This document shows, piece by piece, positions 24,092 through 33,480 of a stretch of DNA of 35,447 nucleotides (positions are counted from its first letter, which is position 1; each line of letters starts with the position of its first letter). The stretch is from Octopus bimaculoides (lineage: Eukaryota), in NCBI RefSeq assembly GCF_001194135.2, contig NC_069009.1, positions 4,804,531 to 4,839,977 of the forward strand, read 5' to 3'. The notes beneath the pieces were generated by a model. The model saw only the letters and a list, made by a program, of their open reading frames with translations, did not search any database and had not been told where the DNA came from. A program made the translations under genes and the position numbers.

Positions 24092-24152
24092 CCACTACAA
24101 TTTCCTCTGCAAATTAAGATATATAAATCTCGCTTTATGAGACGCTCTCATA

Positions 24153-24200
24153 TGTTAAATTCAAATTACGACAAACGTTTGTCGTAATTTGAATTTAACA
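24153..24200. repeat. Perfect 48-bp palindrome without spacer
   Basis: tgttaaattcaaattacgacaaac|gtttgtcgtaatttgaatttaaca. Confidence 0.97.
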
Positions 24201-24213
24201 AATGATAATATTC

Positions 24214-24415
24214 ATCCTTTCTACTATAGGCGCAAGGCCTGAAATTTTGGGAGGGAAGAGAAAGTCGATCACATCGACTGGTACTTAATTTATCAACCCC
24301 AAAAGAGTCAAAGGCAAAGTCGACCTTGGTAGAACTTGAACTCAGCACATAGCGACAGGCGAAATACCACTAAGCATTTTGTCCAATGTACTAATGATTC
24401 TGCCAGCTCACCACC
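24214..24415 (-). mobile_element. SINE family B
   Basis: cctttctactataggcgcaaggcctgaaatt...aaagtcgacc...ttgaactcag...taagcattt...ctgccagctcaccacc. Confidence 0.8.
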
Positions 24416-24424
24416 AATAATAAT

Positions 24425-24761
24425 AACAGAGAAACTCTCAAAATACAAAGATCTGAAAATAGAGATAACCCAAATGTGGATCCAAAAAACAGAAATAGTT
24501 CCTATAAAAATAGGTGCATTAGGTATTATTAAGAGACACCGAGAGAAATATACAACCAAAACACCAGGACTTAAGAATGTGTATAACATACAGAAAATAG
24601 CACCACAAGGCATTGTGCACATCCTACATAAAGCACTTTTAATACAGTGAAAATAAGAGCACCACAACAAACTACAGCACATACCCAAGGCTCACAAAGC
24701 TGTGCTCGGTAGTGCAGTGAAAGCCCCTGATAAAAATAAGACTACTGTATAATAATAATAA
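24425..24761 (+). mobile_element. 5'-truncated R4/Dong-type non-LTR element (restriction-like endonuclease tail)
   Basis: EKLSKYKDLKIEITQMW...IVPIKIGALGII...IQKIAPQGIVHILHKAL matches the K..KY..L / P.V.GALG / LQK..LLGTA.ILR C-terminal motif series; followed by 3' UTR and (TAA)n tail. Confidence 0.85.
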
Positions 24762-24881
24762 CAGACAATTCTTTTATTAGCCACAAGGCTCACATAAAAT
24801 AACATTAAATGACATGCAACAACAAAAAAGACGAAAACAAGATGATACAAGTGGTTTTACAGCGTGTAAACAATGTATGCT

Positions 24882-25218
24882 GAGACCCCCTTCGGTCATG
24901 ACTGACCATGGGATTGCACCTAGAAAGTTACCCTCCGAGGCACAAGTCCAGGCAAGGTTGTTTATGGAAGACCAACAGTCGCCCATGCATACCAGCCTCC
25001 CCTCTTTATACCACTGATGTTATCCAAGGGAAAGGCATAGGGGTCGATACAGCTCGGCACCAGTGACACCACAACTCATTTCTACAGGTGAGTAAACAGG
25101 AGCAACGTGAAATAAAGTGTCTTGCTCAAGAACACAACATGCAGCCCGGTCCGGGATTCGAACACACAACCTTGCGATCGTAAGCTCAATGCTCTAACCA
25201 CTGAGCCATGCACCTTCA
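24882..25218 (-). mobile_element. tRNA-headed SINE family C
   Basis: Minus strand tggctcagtggttagagc...gttcgaatcccggaccggg...ttcttgagcaagacacttta shows clear A/B boxes followed by a non-tRNA body. Confidence 0.8.
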
Positions 25219-25356
25219 CAATGTATATAACAATAACAAATTAAACAAATTAAAACTCCCAATAGGGGAGGTGCTTTAAGGTCCTCGTGGAACAACCCAC
25301 AAAAGCCACAGGTGCCTGAACAACAGGGCAAGAGCTCTTCTTCTTTAATTCCCTTT

Positions 25357-26150
25357 TTACAGGTGTATGTTCAGAATTGGTCCTTTCACACTGGTCATTC
25401 TTCCAACATTCACCCACCTTTCATCAAACTTGCTAGAAGGCAACACTTCCCTCTCCACCCTCAACTTCCTTTTCAAGTGAAGCTTGAAAAAGTTGATGAG
25501 GACTTGGTCAAAGAGGGAAGTGTCTGTCTTTAGCCCTTTCAAATGGGTCCATCATACTACCTCTTTCGCAACAGCCACTAGACAAATAAAAATTGCCTGC
25601 CCCTCCAGGCCAAAAGAAGGCAGTGGAGCAATCTTCACAATGGATTCAGCTGGTAGTCGGATCCCTCCTACACATAACAGCAAGTGTTTGACATAAATCC
25701 ACAGGTCAGCAATACTTGGTCACTGAACTAGGACGAGCAGAATGTTTAAATCATTCTGGGTGTACCTTAGGCAGACACTGCTGACGGCACTTCCAAGCTT
25801 GTAAAGTTTATCTTGAACATGCAGTGGCCCTCAGTAGTACTGCCAGGCAAGGGATTTCTGGAAGTTATCCATAGGCCCAGACCTGAAAGTTCTCTGAAAC
25901 AGAGACCAGTTAGTTGACCTTCATCGACACCCAGAGTTTCCCCGAGAATGTCATCTCATTTTTCCTCCACTATCCCTCTATAGAACGACTGCATTGCCCG
26001 CCTGATAATAATAATAGTATATATGACAGGATGTTGATAAATTCCTGGCTCTAAAGGTATTGTAAAAAAGCCTGGTTGGAGACCCAACCATCCTAGTTCT
26101 TTTTACAGGGCCTAGAAAAACTGAAGGGCTGCTGTGTGTGAATCTGGGAG
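25357..26150 (-). mobile_element. Degraded L1/Tx1-type ORF2 C-terminal fragment
   Basis: My translation FQKSLAWQYY*GPLHVQDKLYKLGSAVSSVCLRYTQNDLNILLVLVQ*PSIADLW...AKEVV*WTHLKG...FFKLHLKRKLRVER...ERW resembles the decayed CCHC zinc-knuckle region and downstream W-rich segment of L1/Tx1 ORF2; several stops and frameshifts. Confidence 0.78.
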
Positions 26151-26212
26151 GGGAATATGTTGAATAAAATCATAATTTTACCCAAAGCCAGGATCTTTTC
26201 AGCACCCATCAA

Positions 26213-26243
<31 letters not shown>

Positions 26244-26259
26244 AGATGTAATGGTATTG

Positions 26260-26575
26260 ATGGCATTAATGATGGTGTTCTTATTGTTGGTGGTGATGAT
26301 CATGGTTTTAAGTGGTGGAGTTGTAGTGGTGGTAGTGGTATTAGCATGGTGATTGGTGTTGGTGTTTTGGGCCATAGCAGTACTGTTGCTATTGACATTA
26401 GCAGTGGTGGTCATCTTGGGGTAGGTGGTGATGCTGTTGTTGTTGTTGGAGGGGGGATCGTGGTGGTGGTGGCGGTGGTGGTTGTGGTGGTAGTGGTGGT
26501 GGTGGTGGTGGTAGTGGTAGTGGTGGTGGTGTTAGTGGTGGTAGTGGTGGTGGTAGTGGTGGTGGGGGTCTTGGT
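26260..26575. repeat. (GGT)n-rich tract
   Basis: Directly visible. Confidence 0.9.
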
Positions 26576-26749
26576 CGTTGCGTTAGAATGTCTGACCTTG
26601 AAGATCTGATGCAATTTGTCTGGGATGGCATGGAATGTAGGGGAGCAGGACAGCAGAAAGGTTTTAAGGTTAGGTTTAGGGTTTAGGGTCTGGAAACGAA
26701 ATGAAGGAGAGACAGATTGGGGTGCGAGAGAGTGATTAGAGCTAGGGGA

Positions 26750-27365
26750 AAAAATTGCTGAGGGGAAGAATACCACAAGGCAATAACAAAGAAAGAAAGA
26801 AAGGAAAATTGTGAGGAAAGAAAGAAAGAAACAGAAAGAAAAAAAAGGAAGAAAGAAAGAAAGAAAGAAAGGAAGGAAGAGGAAGGAAAAATAAATGATG
26901 GAATGAAAAATGAAAGGAAGAAAGAAAAGAATGAAAGAACAAGAGAAAGAAAGAATGAAACAATAAATGTAAGAGAGAAAGAGGGAAATAAAGAATGAAG
27001 AATGGATGAACGAAAGAAAATGAAAGAGGAGGAAGGGAAGAAGTACAAGAATGATAACGATAAGGGGAGACGAGGAGGACAGGAAGAAGAATAAGAAGGA
27101 TAAGAAGAAGAAAAATAAAGATGAGAAGTGAAAGAAGAATTGGAAGAAGGAGAAGAAGAAAAAAAGAGGAATTGAAAGAAAAGTTGGAAGAAGAACTGAA
27201 AGAAGAAGAATTGGAAGAAGAAAAAGAAGAATAGAAGAAGAAGAAGAAGAAGAAAATGAAGAATTGGAACAAGAAGAAGAATTGTAAGAAGAAGAAAAAT
27301 TGGAAGGAATAGGAAGATGGATGTGGACGAAAAGAAGAAGAAGAAGAATTTGGAGGAAGGGGAAG
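26750..27365. repeat. Purine-rich (GAAA)n/(GAA)n tract with a recurring gaagaattgg motif
   Basis: Directly visible. Confidence 0.9.
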
Positions 27366-27847
27366 AAATGTCAGAATGATAAGACAGAATGTAAACAGAT
27401 CATGAAGACAAATGATTCACTTTAGCAATTTCAGTGAATGGCACACAGTGAAGAGAGATTCCCTCGCCGCATGGAATCAGAAAATGCAATAATGTTCCAC
27501 GGACTGACCAGCAGGGGAAATAAAGCCAGTCTTTAATGCAAGCTGACCATTTATTAGCGATGTAAGCTTTAATAGGAATACTATCATGGGGGTATAGTTA
27601 ATGCTTCGTATGCAACTCCCTGTCCAATTTATATACACATATATTTATCACCGAAAGATCCTAGTTGAGTTTGAAACCATTAACTTCTCAATAACATGTG
27701 AAATTGTCTTCTATTGTCTGACTTCTGTCATGTCACCCATCTTTAATATTTCGCCTTCCATTATATTTTCTATATCTGATGGTTTGCTATCTTCTGTCTT
27801 CCGTTTTGCTTTCCTTCTTTTCTTTTCGCTTTCCGTCTTGTTCACAA

Positions 27848-28056
27848 ATGCAGGCATTGCTTGGCTGTGTGGTTAAGAACCTCGTTTTTGCAGCCTCATG
27901 TTTTCGGGTTCAATCCCAATGATGTGACACCTTGGGCCAGCTGTTTCTGCTATAAGATGCCATGGACTCATAGTTGAGTAACTGAATAATACTCAAGCTG
28001 ACCAAAGTCTTGTGAGTTGATTTGGCAGATGGTAACTGAAAGAAGCCCATTGTATG

Positions 28057-28060
<4 letters not shown>
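27848..28060 (+). mobile_element. SINE family A 5' half with a short internal insertion
   Basis: tggctgtgtggttaag...gggttcaatccc...caccttgggc, about 45 bp of extra sequence, then gaccaaagtcttgtgag...actgaaagaagccc. Confidence 0.7.
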
Positions 28061-28104
<44 letters not shown>

Positions 28105-28308
28105 CATTCAATATTAACAGTTTTGTATTAGAAAACCAGGAATTTATACAAGGCTGTAAAAGAGGTGCTCAAACTAGTTGAGACATAGGTACAAAGTTAA
28201 TTGCAGAATAAAACCGTTAGGTCATCGACTCATACACCTAGACAAAGGTCTCAGTCACTTCTCACTTGTCATTTATAACACCTACCACTTGGCTTGATAG
28301 GTGTTATA

Positions 28309-28537
28309 CTGGGTTGTCCGGAAAGTCTGTGCCGATTTATAGTAGCTTACCTTTCGACTTATTTGCCATGAAACCACCTCAATTCTGTGAAGAGGGTATT
28401 TTCAAGTTAAAAGAAAGATGGAGACGCATTGTGCAAGAAAATGGTTTCATATTTGGCTGATTAAAAATGTAATGGCAAGTATTTATTGACCTTTTTCTTT
28501 CCTTTAAAAATTGGCACAAACTTTCCGGACAACCCAA
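28309..28537 (+). mobile_element. Non-autonomous mariner derivative (229 bp) with TIRs and TA flanks
   Basis: TA|ctgggttgtccggaaagtctgtgccgattt ... aaattggcacaaactttccggacaacccaa|TA; the interior encodes KPPQFCEEGIFKLKERWRRIVQENG, the mariner C-terminal GI.KL.ERW..V...NG motif. Confidence 0.9.
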
Positions 28538-28804
28538 TAGCTTCATCAGAGCTTCAAACATCAAGTGCACTTAGATAATCTTCTAGATATTTTTTCTTTG
28601 CATTCTGTCTTCTGAGCTTTCTTCTGATATACATACTTAGATCTTTATATTCTCCTCCAATGTCCCCTCTTTTTTAGCAGGACACCTCTTTCTGCCCCTC
28701 TGTCTCTCTGTCACACTCTAACCTTTCCTCATCTGGCACAAGATCATATTCTCCAATGCTCTCTCGCCTCTCAAAATTCCTTGTCTTGCAAGTTACCTGG
28801 TGAC

Positions 28805-29311
28805 TCTGCCGGTGCTGGTGCCACATAAAAAGCATCCAGTCCACTCTGCGAAGTGGTTGGCATTTGGAAAGGCATCCAGCTGTAAAAACCTTTCTGAAAC
28901 TGACAAACTGACCTCACCTATGCTGGTGCCACATAAAAAGCATCCAGTCACTCTGTGAAGTGGTTGGCATTTGGAAAGGCATCCAGCTGTAAAAACCTTT
29001 CCAAAACTGACCTCACCTGTGCTGGTGCCATGTAAAAAGCATCCAGTCCACACTTTGAAGTGGTTGGCATTTGGAAAGGCATCCAGCTGTAAAAACCTTT
29101 CCAAAACTGACCTCACCTTATGCTGGTGCCATGTAAAAATATTCAGTCCACTCTGCAGAGTGGTTAGTGTTAGGAATGGCATCCAGCTGCAAAATCCCTG
29201 CCAAAACAGACACAGTAGCCTGGGGTAATCTTCAACCTTGCCACCTCCTGTCAAACCATCCAACCCATACCAGCATGGAAAGCAGACATTAAACGATGAT
29301 GATGATGATGA
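28805..29311 (+). mobile_element. RTE-related 3' end with about 100-bp tandem triplication
   Basis: tgctggtgcca...aaaaagcatccagtc...gtggttggcatt.ggaaaggcatccagctgtaaaaacc units start at 28813, 28921, 29020 and 29121; (GAT)n tail. Confidence 0.85.
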
Positions 29312-29474
29312 CTGCTTCATTTAATTTAATTGGTCTTCTACATTATATAGTCTTCCCTTCTCTTCTGTCTTGTGCTTCTACCATATTCGTATGCTCAAAC
29401 ACTGTCCCAGTTTATATAAATATATAATAAACGCATAATATCTAATACATCACATCATTGGGATTGTTTTCGCA

Positions 29475-29505
29475 ATAGCTCAGTTGGTAGAGCGGAGGAC
29501 TGTAG
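29475..29505 (+). pseudogene. 5' half of tRNA-Tyr(GTA)
   Basis: atagctcagttggtagagcggaggactgtag matches the canonical eukaryotic tRNA-Tyr from about position 7 to 37; acceptor stem and 3' half are absent. Confidence 0.8.
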
Positions 29506-29520
29506 TCTGATTTTATAGGC

Positions 29521-29682
29521 ACAGGAGTGGCTGTGTGGTAAGTAGCTTGCTTACCAACCACATGGTCCCAGGTTCAGTCCCACTGCGTGGCATCTTGGGC
29601 AAGTGTCTTCTACTATAGCCTCAGGCCGACCAAACCCTTGTGAGTGGATTTGGAAGACGGAAACTGAAAGAAGCTCGTCATA

Positions 29683-29760
<78 letters not shown>

Positions 29761-29977
29761 CTTGTGTGTCTGTGTTTGTCCCCCTAGCATTGCTTGGCAA
29801 CCGATGCTGGTGTATTCATGTCCCCGTAACTTAGCTGTTCGGCAAAAGAAGCTGATAGAATAAATACTAGGCATACAAAGAATAAGTCCTGGGGTCAATT
29901 TGCTCGACTAAAGGCGGTGCTCCAGCATGGCCACAGTCAAATGACTGAAACAAGTAAAAGAGTAAAAGAGAAAAGAG
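29521..29977 (+). mobile_element. SINE family A, full length
   Basis: Head caggagtggctgtgtggtaagtagc..ggttcagtcccactgc, long internal (TA)n(TG)n, tail gaaacaagtaaaagagtaaaagag. Confidence 0.9.
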
Positions 29978-30099
29978 ATATAAATAAGATATAAATAACC
30001 CTGTCCCTCTATCATACTCCAACCTCTCGCCTGGCACACAGCCACTCCTCTTGGTTCCTCTCCCACTCTTAGCTGAGATGTATTTGTTTTGCAAGGCAC

Positions 30100-30450
30100 T
30101 TGGTGACCCCACGGGTGCTGGTGTCATGTAAAAAGCATCCATGCTAGCTCCATGTGAAAAGCACTTGTGCTGGCGTCACATAAGTAGCATCTGTGTTAGT
30201 GTCACATAAAAAGTACTTGTGGTGGTGCTACATAATAGGCATCCATACTGGTGCCACATGAAAAGCAACCAGTACACTCTATAAAGGGGCTGGCGTTAGA
30301 AAGAACATTCCAGCCATAGAAGCCATGCCTTAAAAGACAATGGCAGCTGGTGCAGCCCTCCAATATGCCAGCCCCTGTCAGACCATCCAACCCATGCCAG
30401 CATGGAAAACAGGCTTTGAATGATAATGGTGAAGATGATGATGATGATGG
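30100..30450 (+). mobile_element. Diverged RTE-related 3' end with about 30-bp subrepeats
   Basis: Repeated gtgctggtgtca..taaaaagca motifs, then ggcgttagaaagaacattccagcc, ccatgccagcatggaaaac and a (GAT)n tail. Confidence 0.75.
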
Positions 30451-30961
30451 TGGTGGTATTTATCGACAAAAGCAGCTAGTTGAGCTTCAGATATAAGTTT
30501 TAATAACAACATTATCAACGAAATATTTTTACACTTCCTCCATTAAGCTTCCTCTTACAAATATATTTATAAATGAAAGAAGTTAGTTGAGTTAGGACAA
30601 GTTTTCCATTGTCTAAACCTGATTTTCTGTCTCCAATTTTTCCTTATGTCATCTGCAAACCTCTCTCATCTATCGTCTGCTTCCTGCATTCTATCTTATC
30701 TTCCATCTGCAGTTTCAATCTCTGCTGTCCCCCATCGCTATTTCTTTCATCTATCTTTAGTCTCTGCTCTTCAATCTCCTACAATTTTCTTTTGTGTATC
30801 TCATTCTTCTATTTCTAAGAAACACGTATCGCCCTCTAAATCATTTCTAATCTTACATAAAAATCATCATTTTATTAACCACGTAAGTTTTAATAACGAT
30901 GTCATAAATGAAATATATTAATGCCTTCTCCATCATCTATCAGGATATCTTTTTTTTATAT

Positions 30962-31170
30962 CTTACTTGTTTCAGTTGCGAGGATGTGGCCATGCTAGAG
31001 CACCACCTTGCTGAATTTTTAGTTGAATGAATTGACACCAAGACTAATTTTCAAAGACTGGCACTTATTCTATCAGTCACTTTTTGCTGAATTGCTAAGT
31101 TGTAGGAATATAAACACACCAACATCAGTTGTCAAGTGGTGGGAGGAGGGGACAAAACACACAGACACAC
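30962..31170 (-). mobile_element. SINE family A 3' half
   Basis: ttacttgtttcagt...ggccatgctagagcaccacctt...gaattgctaagtt...caacatcagttgtcaag. Confidence 0.8.
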
Positions 31171-31913
31171 ACACACAACCAAGAATCCACAAGTCAGAAA
31201 AGATATGCACTCATATACCTGTTATTAGATTCGGAATAGCAATCAACATATACAGTATTATATAGCCATTACAACCATTCTTACCAATCATTCACCATAT
31301 TCCATTCCATAATTGCCATCTCTGAAGAGCACAGGATTACAGCATGAGATCTTTGCTGTTTCACATGATTGGCCAAATAACCTACCAATCAGCATCAAGC
31401 CATCATGTGATCCAACTTCCGAGAACCTTTTCATTAAGCACTATTTAAAGGCGGCTTTTTGGCGGCAACTGCAGAATGTTGAAGCAGCTACTTTAATGTT
31501 TCCATTCTCATATCATTCACCAACAGTTCTGGACAGAAGATAGAGATTTTGCAGTCAGGAATATTATGGGATTATTTTTCCAGTTGTGATGGTCAGTCAC
31601 AGATTGACACGTAGCAGCTAGTTTGTTGCATCTCCTGATGTGTAACTTTCACTTTCATTTTTCATCCTGAGACCAAAAAAAAAAAAAGACTAGATGCAGT
31701 TATAGCAGTTGATTTCATTTTCATTTCTGATTTCATGCAAATCTGAGTTTACCATGGGTTCAGACCTCAATTTCAACCAATTAGAGCTACGTTTAGTTCA
31801 CACAATAAGTTCTAGAAAGTTCTTTCAGCAATGCCTATAAAAATAGCCATTTTGAATGTAAAAAGCAGAGAATTCAGACATTGTTATGATCCTCAATAAA
31901 TTCTGTTCTCATT

Positions 31914-32020
31914 GCTGTTTACACAGCTTCATACTCCAACCAGCGCAATTTTCCTAATAGCTGTTTTCACAGCTTCATACTCCAACCTGTGCAATTTTCC
32001 TAATAGCTGTTTTCACAGCT
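31914..32020 (+). repeat. 46-bp tandem repeat, 2.3 copies
   Basis: gctgttttcacagcttcatactccaacctgtgcaattttcctaata units start at 31914, 31960 and 32006. Confidence 0.92.
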
Positions 32021-32419
32021 CTATATACCAATTTGGAGATGATGAAGAATGAATACAGCCAAAACTTTTTGCAGCAATGTGCAAACCAGTTTTATCATTA
32101 ATCATCTGTGAAAACATTTCAGCTCCTGTAAAATATGGTGTTCATACAAATTTGATCTTGTTTGTTTTTCATGAAGCTTTGTTAAAAAAAATCTAGCTAT
32201 AAATGTTGAACTTAAATTGCCACCAAGTCTTGTCACAACTACGATACACATTAAAATTAAGCTTCCATTAATTGCTCATGATTGTTGTTAATCATTTTTA
32301 CATGCAGTCCTAGAAAGACATTTTCATTTTCCATCAACGTAATTTCACAGGCACAACAACAAACCCCAACACAGTCATCTGTTGCTTATCTTCTGCATTC
32401 TGTCTTATATTTCAATCAT

Positions 32420-32530
32420 TTCTAATTTACATTATTTACATTATTTACATTTGATGGATATTTGTCCTCATCTTGTTTGTTGTTAACACAACGTTTCAGC
32501 TGATATACCCTNNNNNNNNNNCGATGTTAC

Positions 32531-32572
<42 letters not shown>

Positions 32573-32650
32573 TATTAATCAGGTCGCTGCTGTGAATCGA
32601 ACTCGGAATCTTGGGGTTAGTAGCCCGCGCTCTTAACCACTACGCCATTT
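32420..32650 (-). mobile_element. tRNA-headed SINE family D with (AAT)n linker and (AAATAATGT)n-type tail
   Basis: Minus strand ggcgtagtggttaagagcgcgggctactaaccccaagattccgagttcgattc (A/B boxes), (AAT)n, a 10-N gap, then atatcagctgaaacgttgtgttaac...aaatgtaaataatgtaaataatgtaaa. Confidence 0.75.
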
Positions 32651-32718
32651 GTTGTCTTTCATCATTATTTCTATCATCTCTCTTCTGTTCAGTATAAATT
32701 TTTATCCATTCCTGCCAT

Positions 32719-32749
32719 CATAGTGGATAAGAATCTCTTATCCACTATG
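32719..32749. repeat. Perfect 14-bp hairpin with 3-nt loop
   Basis: catagtggataaga-atc-tcttatccactatg. Confidence 0.95.
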
Positions 32750-32849
32750 TTTCATCATGAATCTTTTACAATCACTATTTTATTAGCTAAGTTAAGTTTT
32801 AAGGACAATACCTCCAAGGGAAATATTTGTACAATTTTAACTCTAACCC

Positions 32850-33480
32850 CTTCCAATTTATATACACATATATTTACCAACAAAAGCTTCTAGTTGAGTT
32901 TCAAACCATTAAATTCGCAATAACATGTGAAATTGTCTTCTATTGTCTGACTTCCATTAATCTTTAATATTTTCTCTTCCATTACTTTCTCTGTTGTCTG
33001 CTTTCTCCTGTCTTCTTCATCTCTCTACATTCTGTCTTCTTCTCGTTTCTGACACTACATCTTCTCTATTTTCTACAGTTTACAATTCTGTTCACTTGTG
33101 TCAGTCGTTATGTATTATTTTTATTCAGTTTTGTTCATCTTACTTTAATCCTCCATCTTAAATATTCTCTCCTCCATTTACCTTCTGCTTCTATCATCTG
33201 CTTTCTCTTGTCTTCTTTGACTCCCTACATGCTGTCTTCTCCATCTTTTCTCTCCAAACATTATTATATCTTCTCTACTTTCTATTCTGTTCATTTATGT
33301 CGGACATCGTTTATTAGTTTTCTTTAGTTAGGCTTAACTTACTACAACCTTCCAGCTTAAATATTTTCTCTTCTGGTTATCTTCTGCTTCTATTGTCTGC
33401 TTCCTCCAGTCTTTTATATTCTTCTATCTTAATTAGCATCTCATTATTTTTTCTCTAATCTCCCTCTTCTCTTTCATCAT
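32850..33480 (+). repeat. Degenerate about 197-bp tandem repeat with a related dispersed copy at 27620-27840
   Basis: The anchor ctt(t/a)aatatt(t/c)tctc(t/c)t recurs at about 32962, 33157 and 33356; 32850-32990 aligns with 27625-27775. Confidence 0.7.

Larger units (their letters stand above)
1295..32521. other. 14 assembly gaps (about 4,166 N in total)
   Basis: 1295-1754, 4152-4358, 5236-5488, 6459-7190, 7921-8302, 9257-9633, 10689-10790, 14967-15658, 16060-16392, 17874-17883, 18460-18676, 20164-20476, 22063-22140, 32512-32521; most abut microsatellites. Confidence 0.98.

Noticed and set aside
26660-26690. Interstitial telomere
   Set aside because: Only 3-4 imperfect TT(T)AGGG-like units, too short to call.
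24018-29505. Functional tRNA genes at 24018-24091 and 29475-29505
   Set aside because: The first has a non-canonical anticodon loop and a broken T stem; the second lacks its 3' half.
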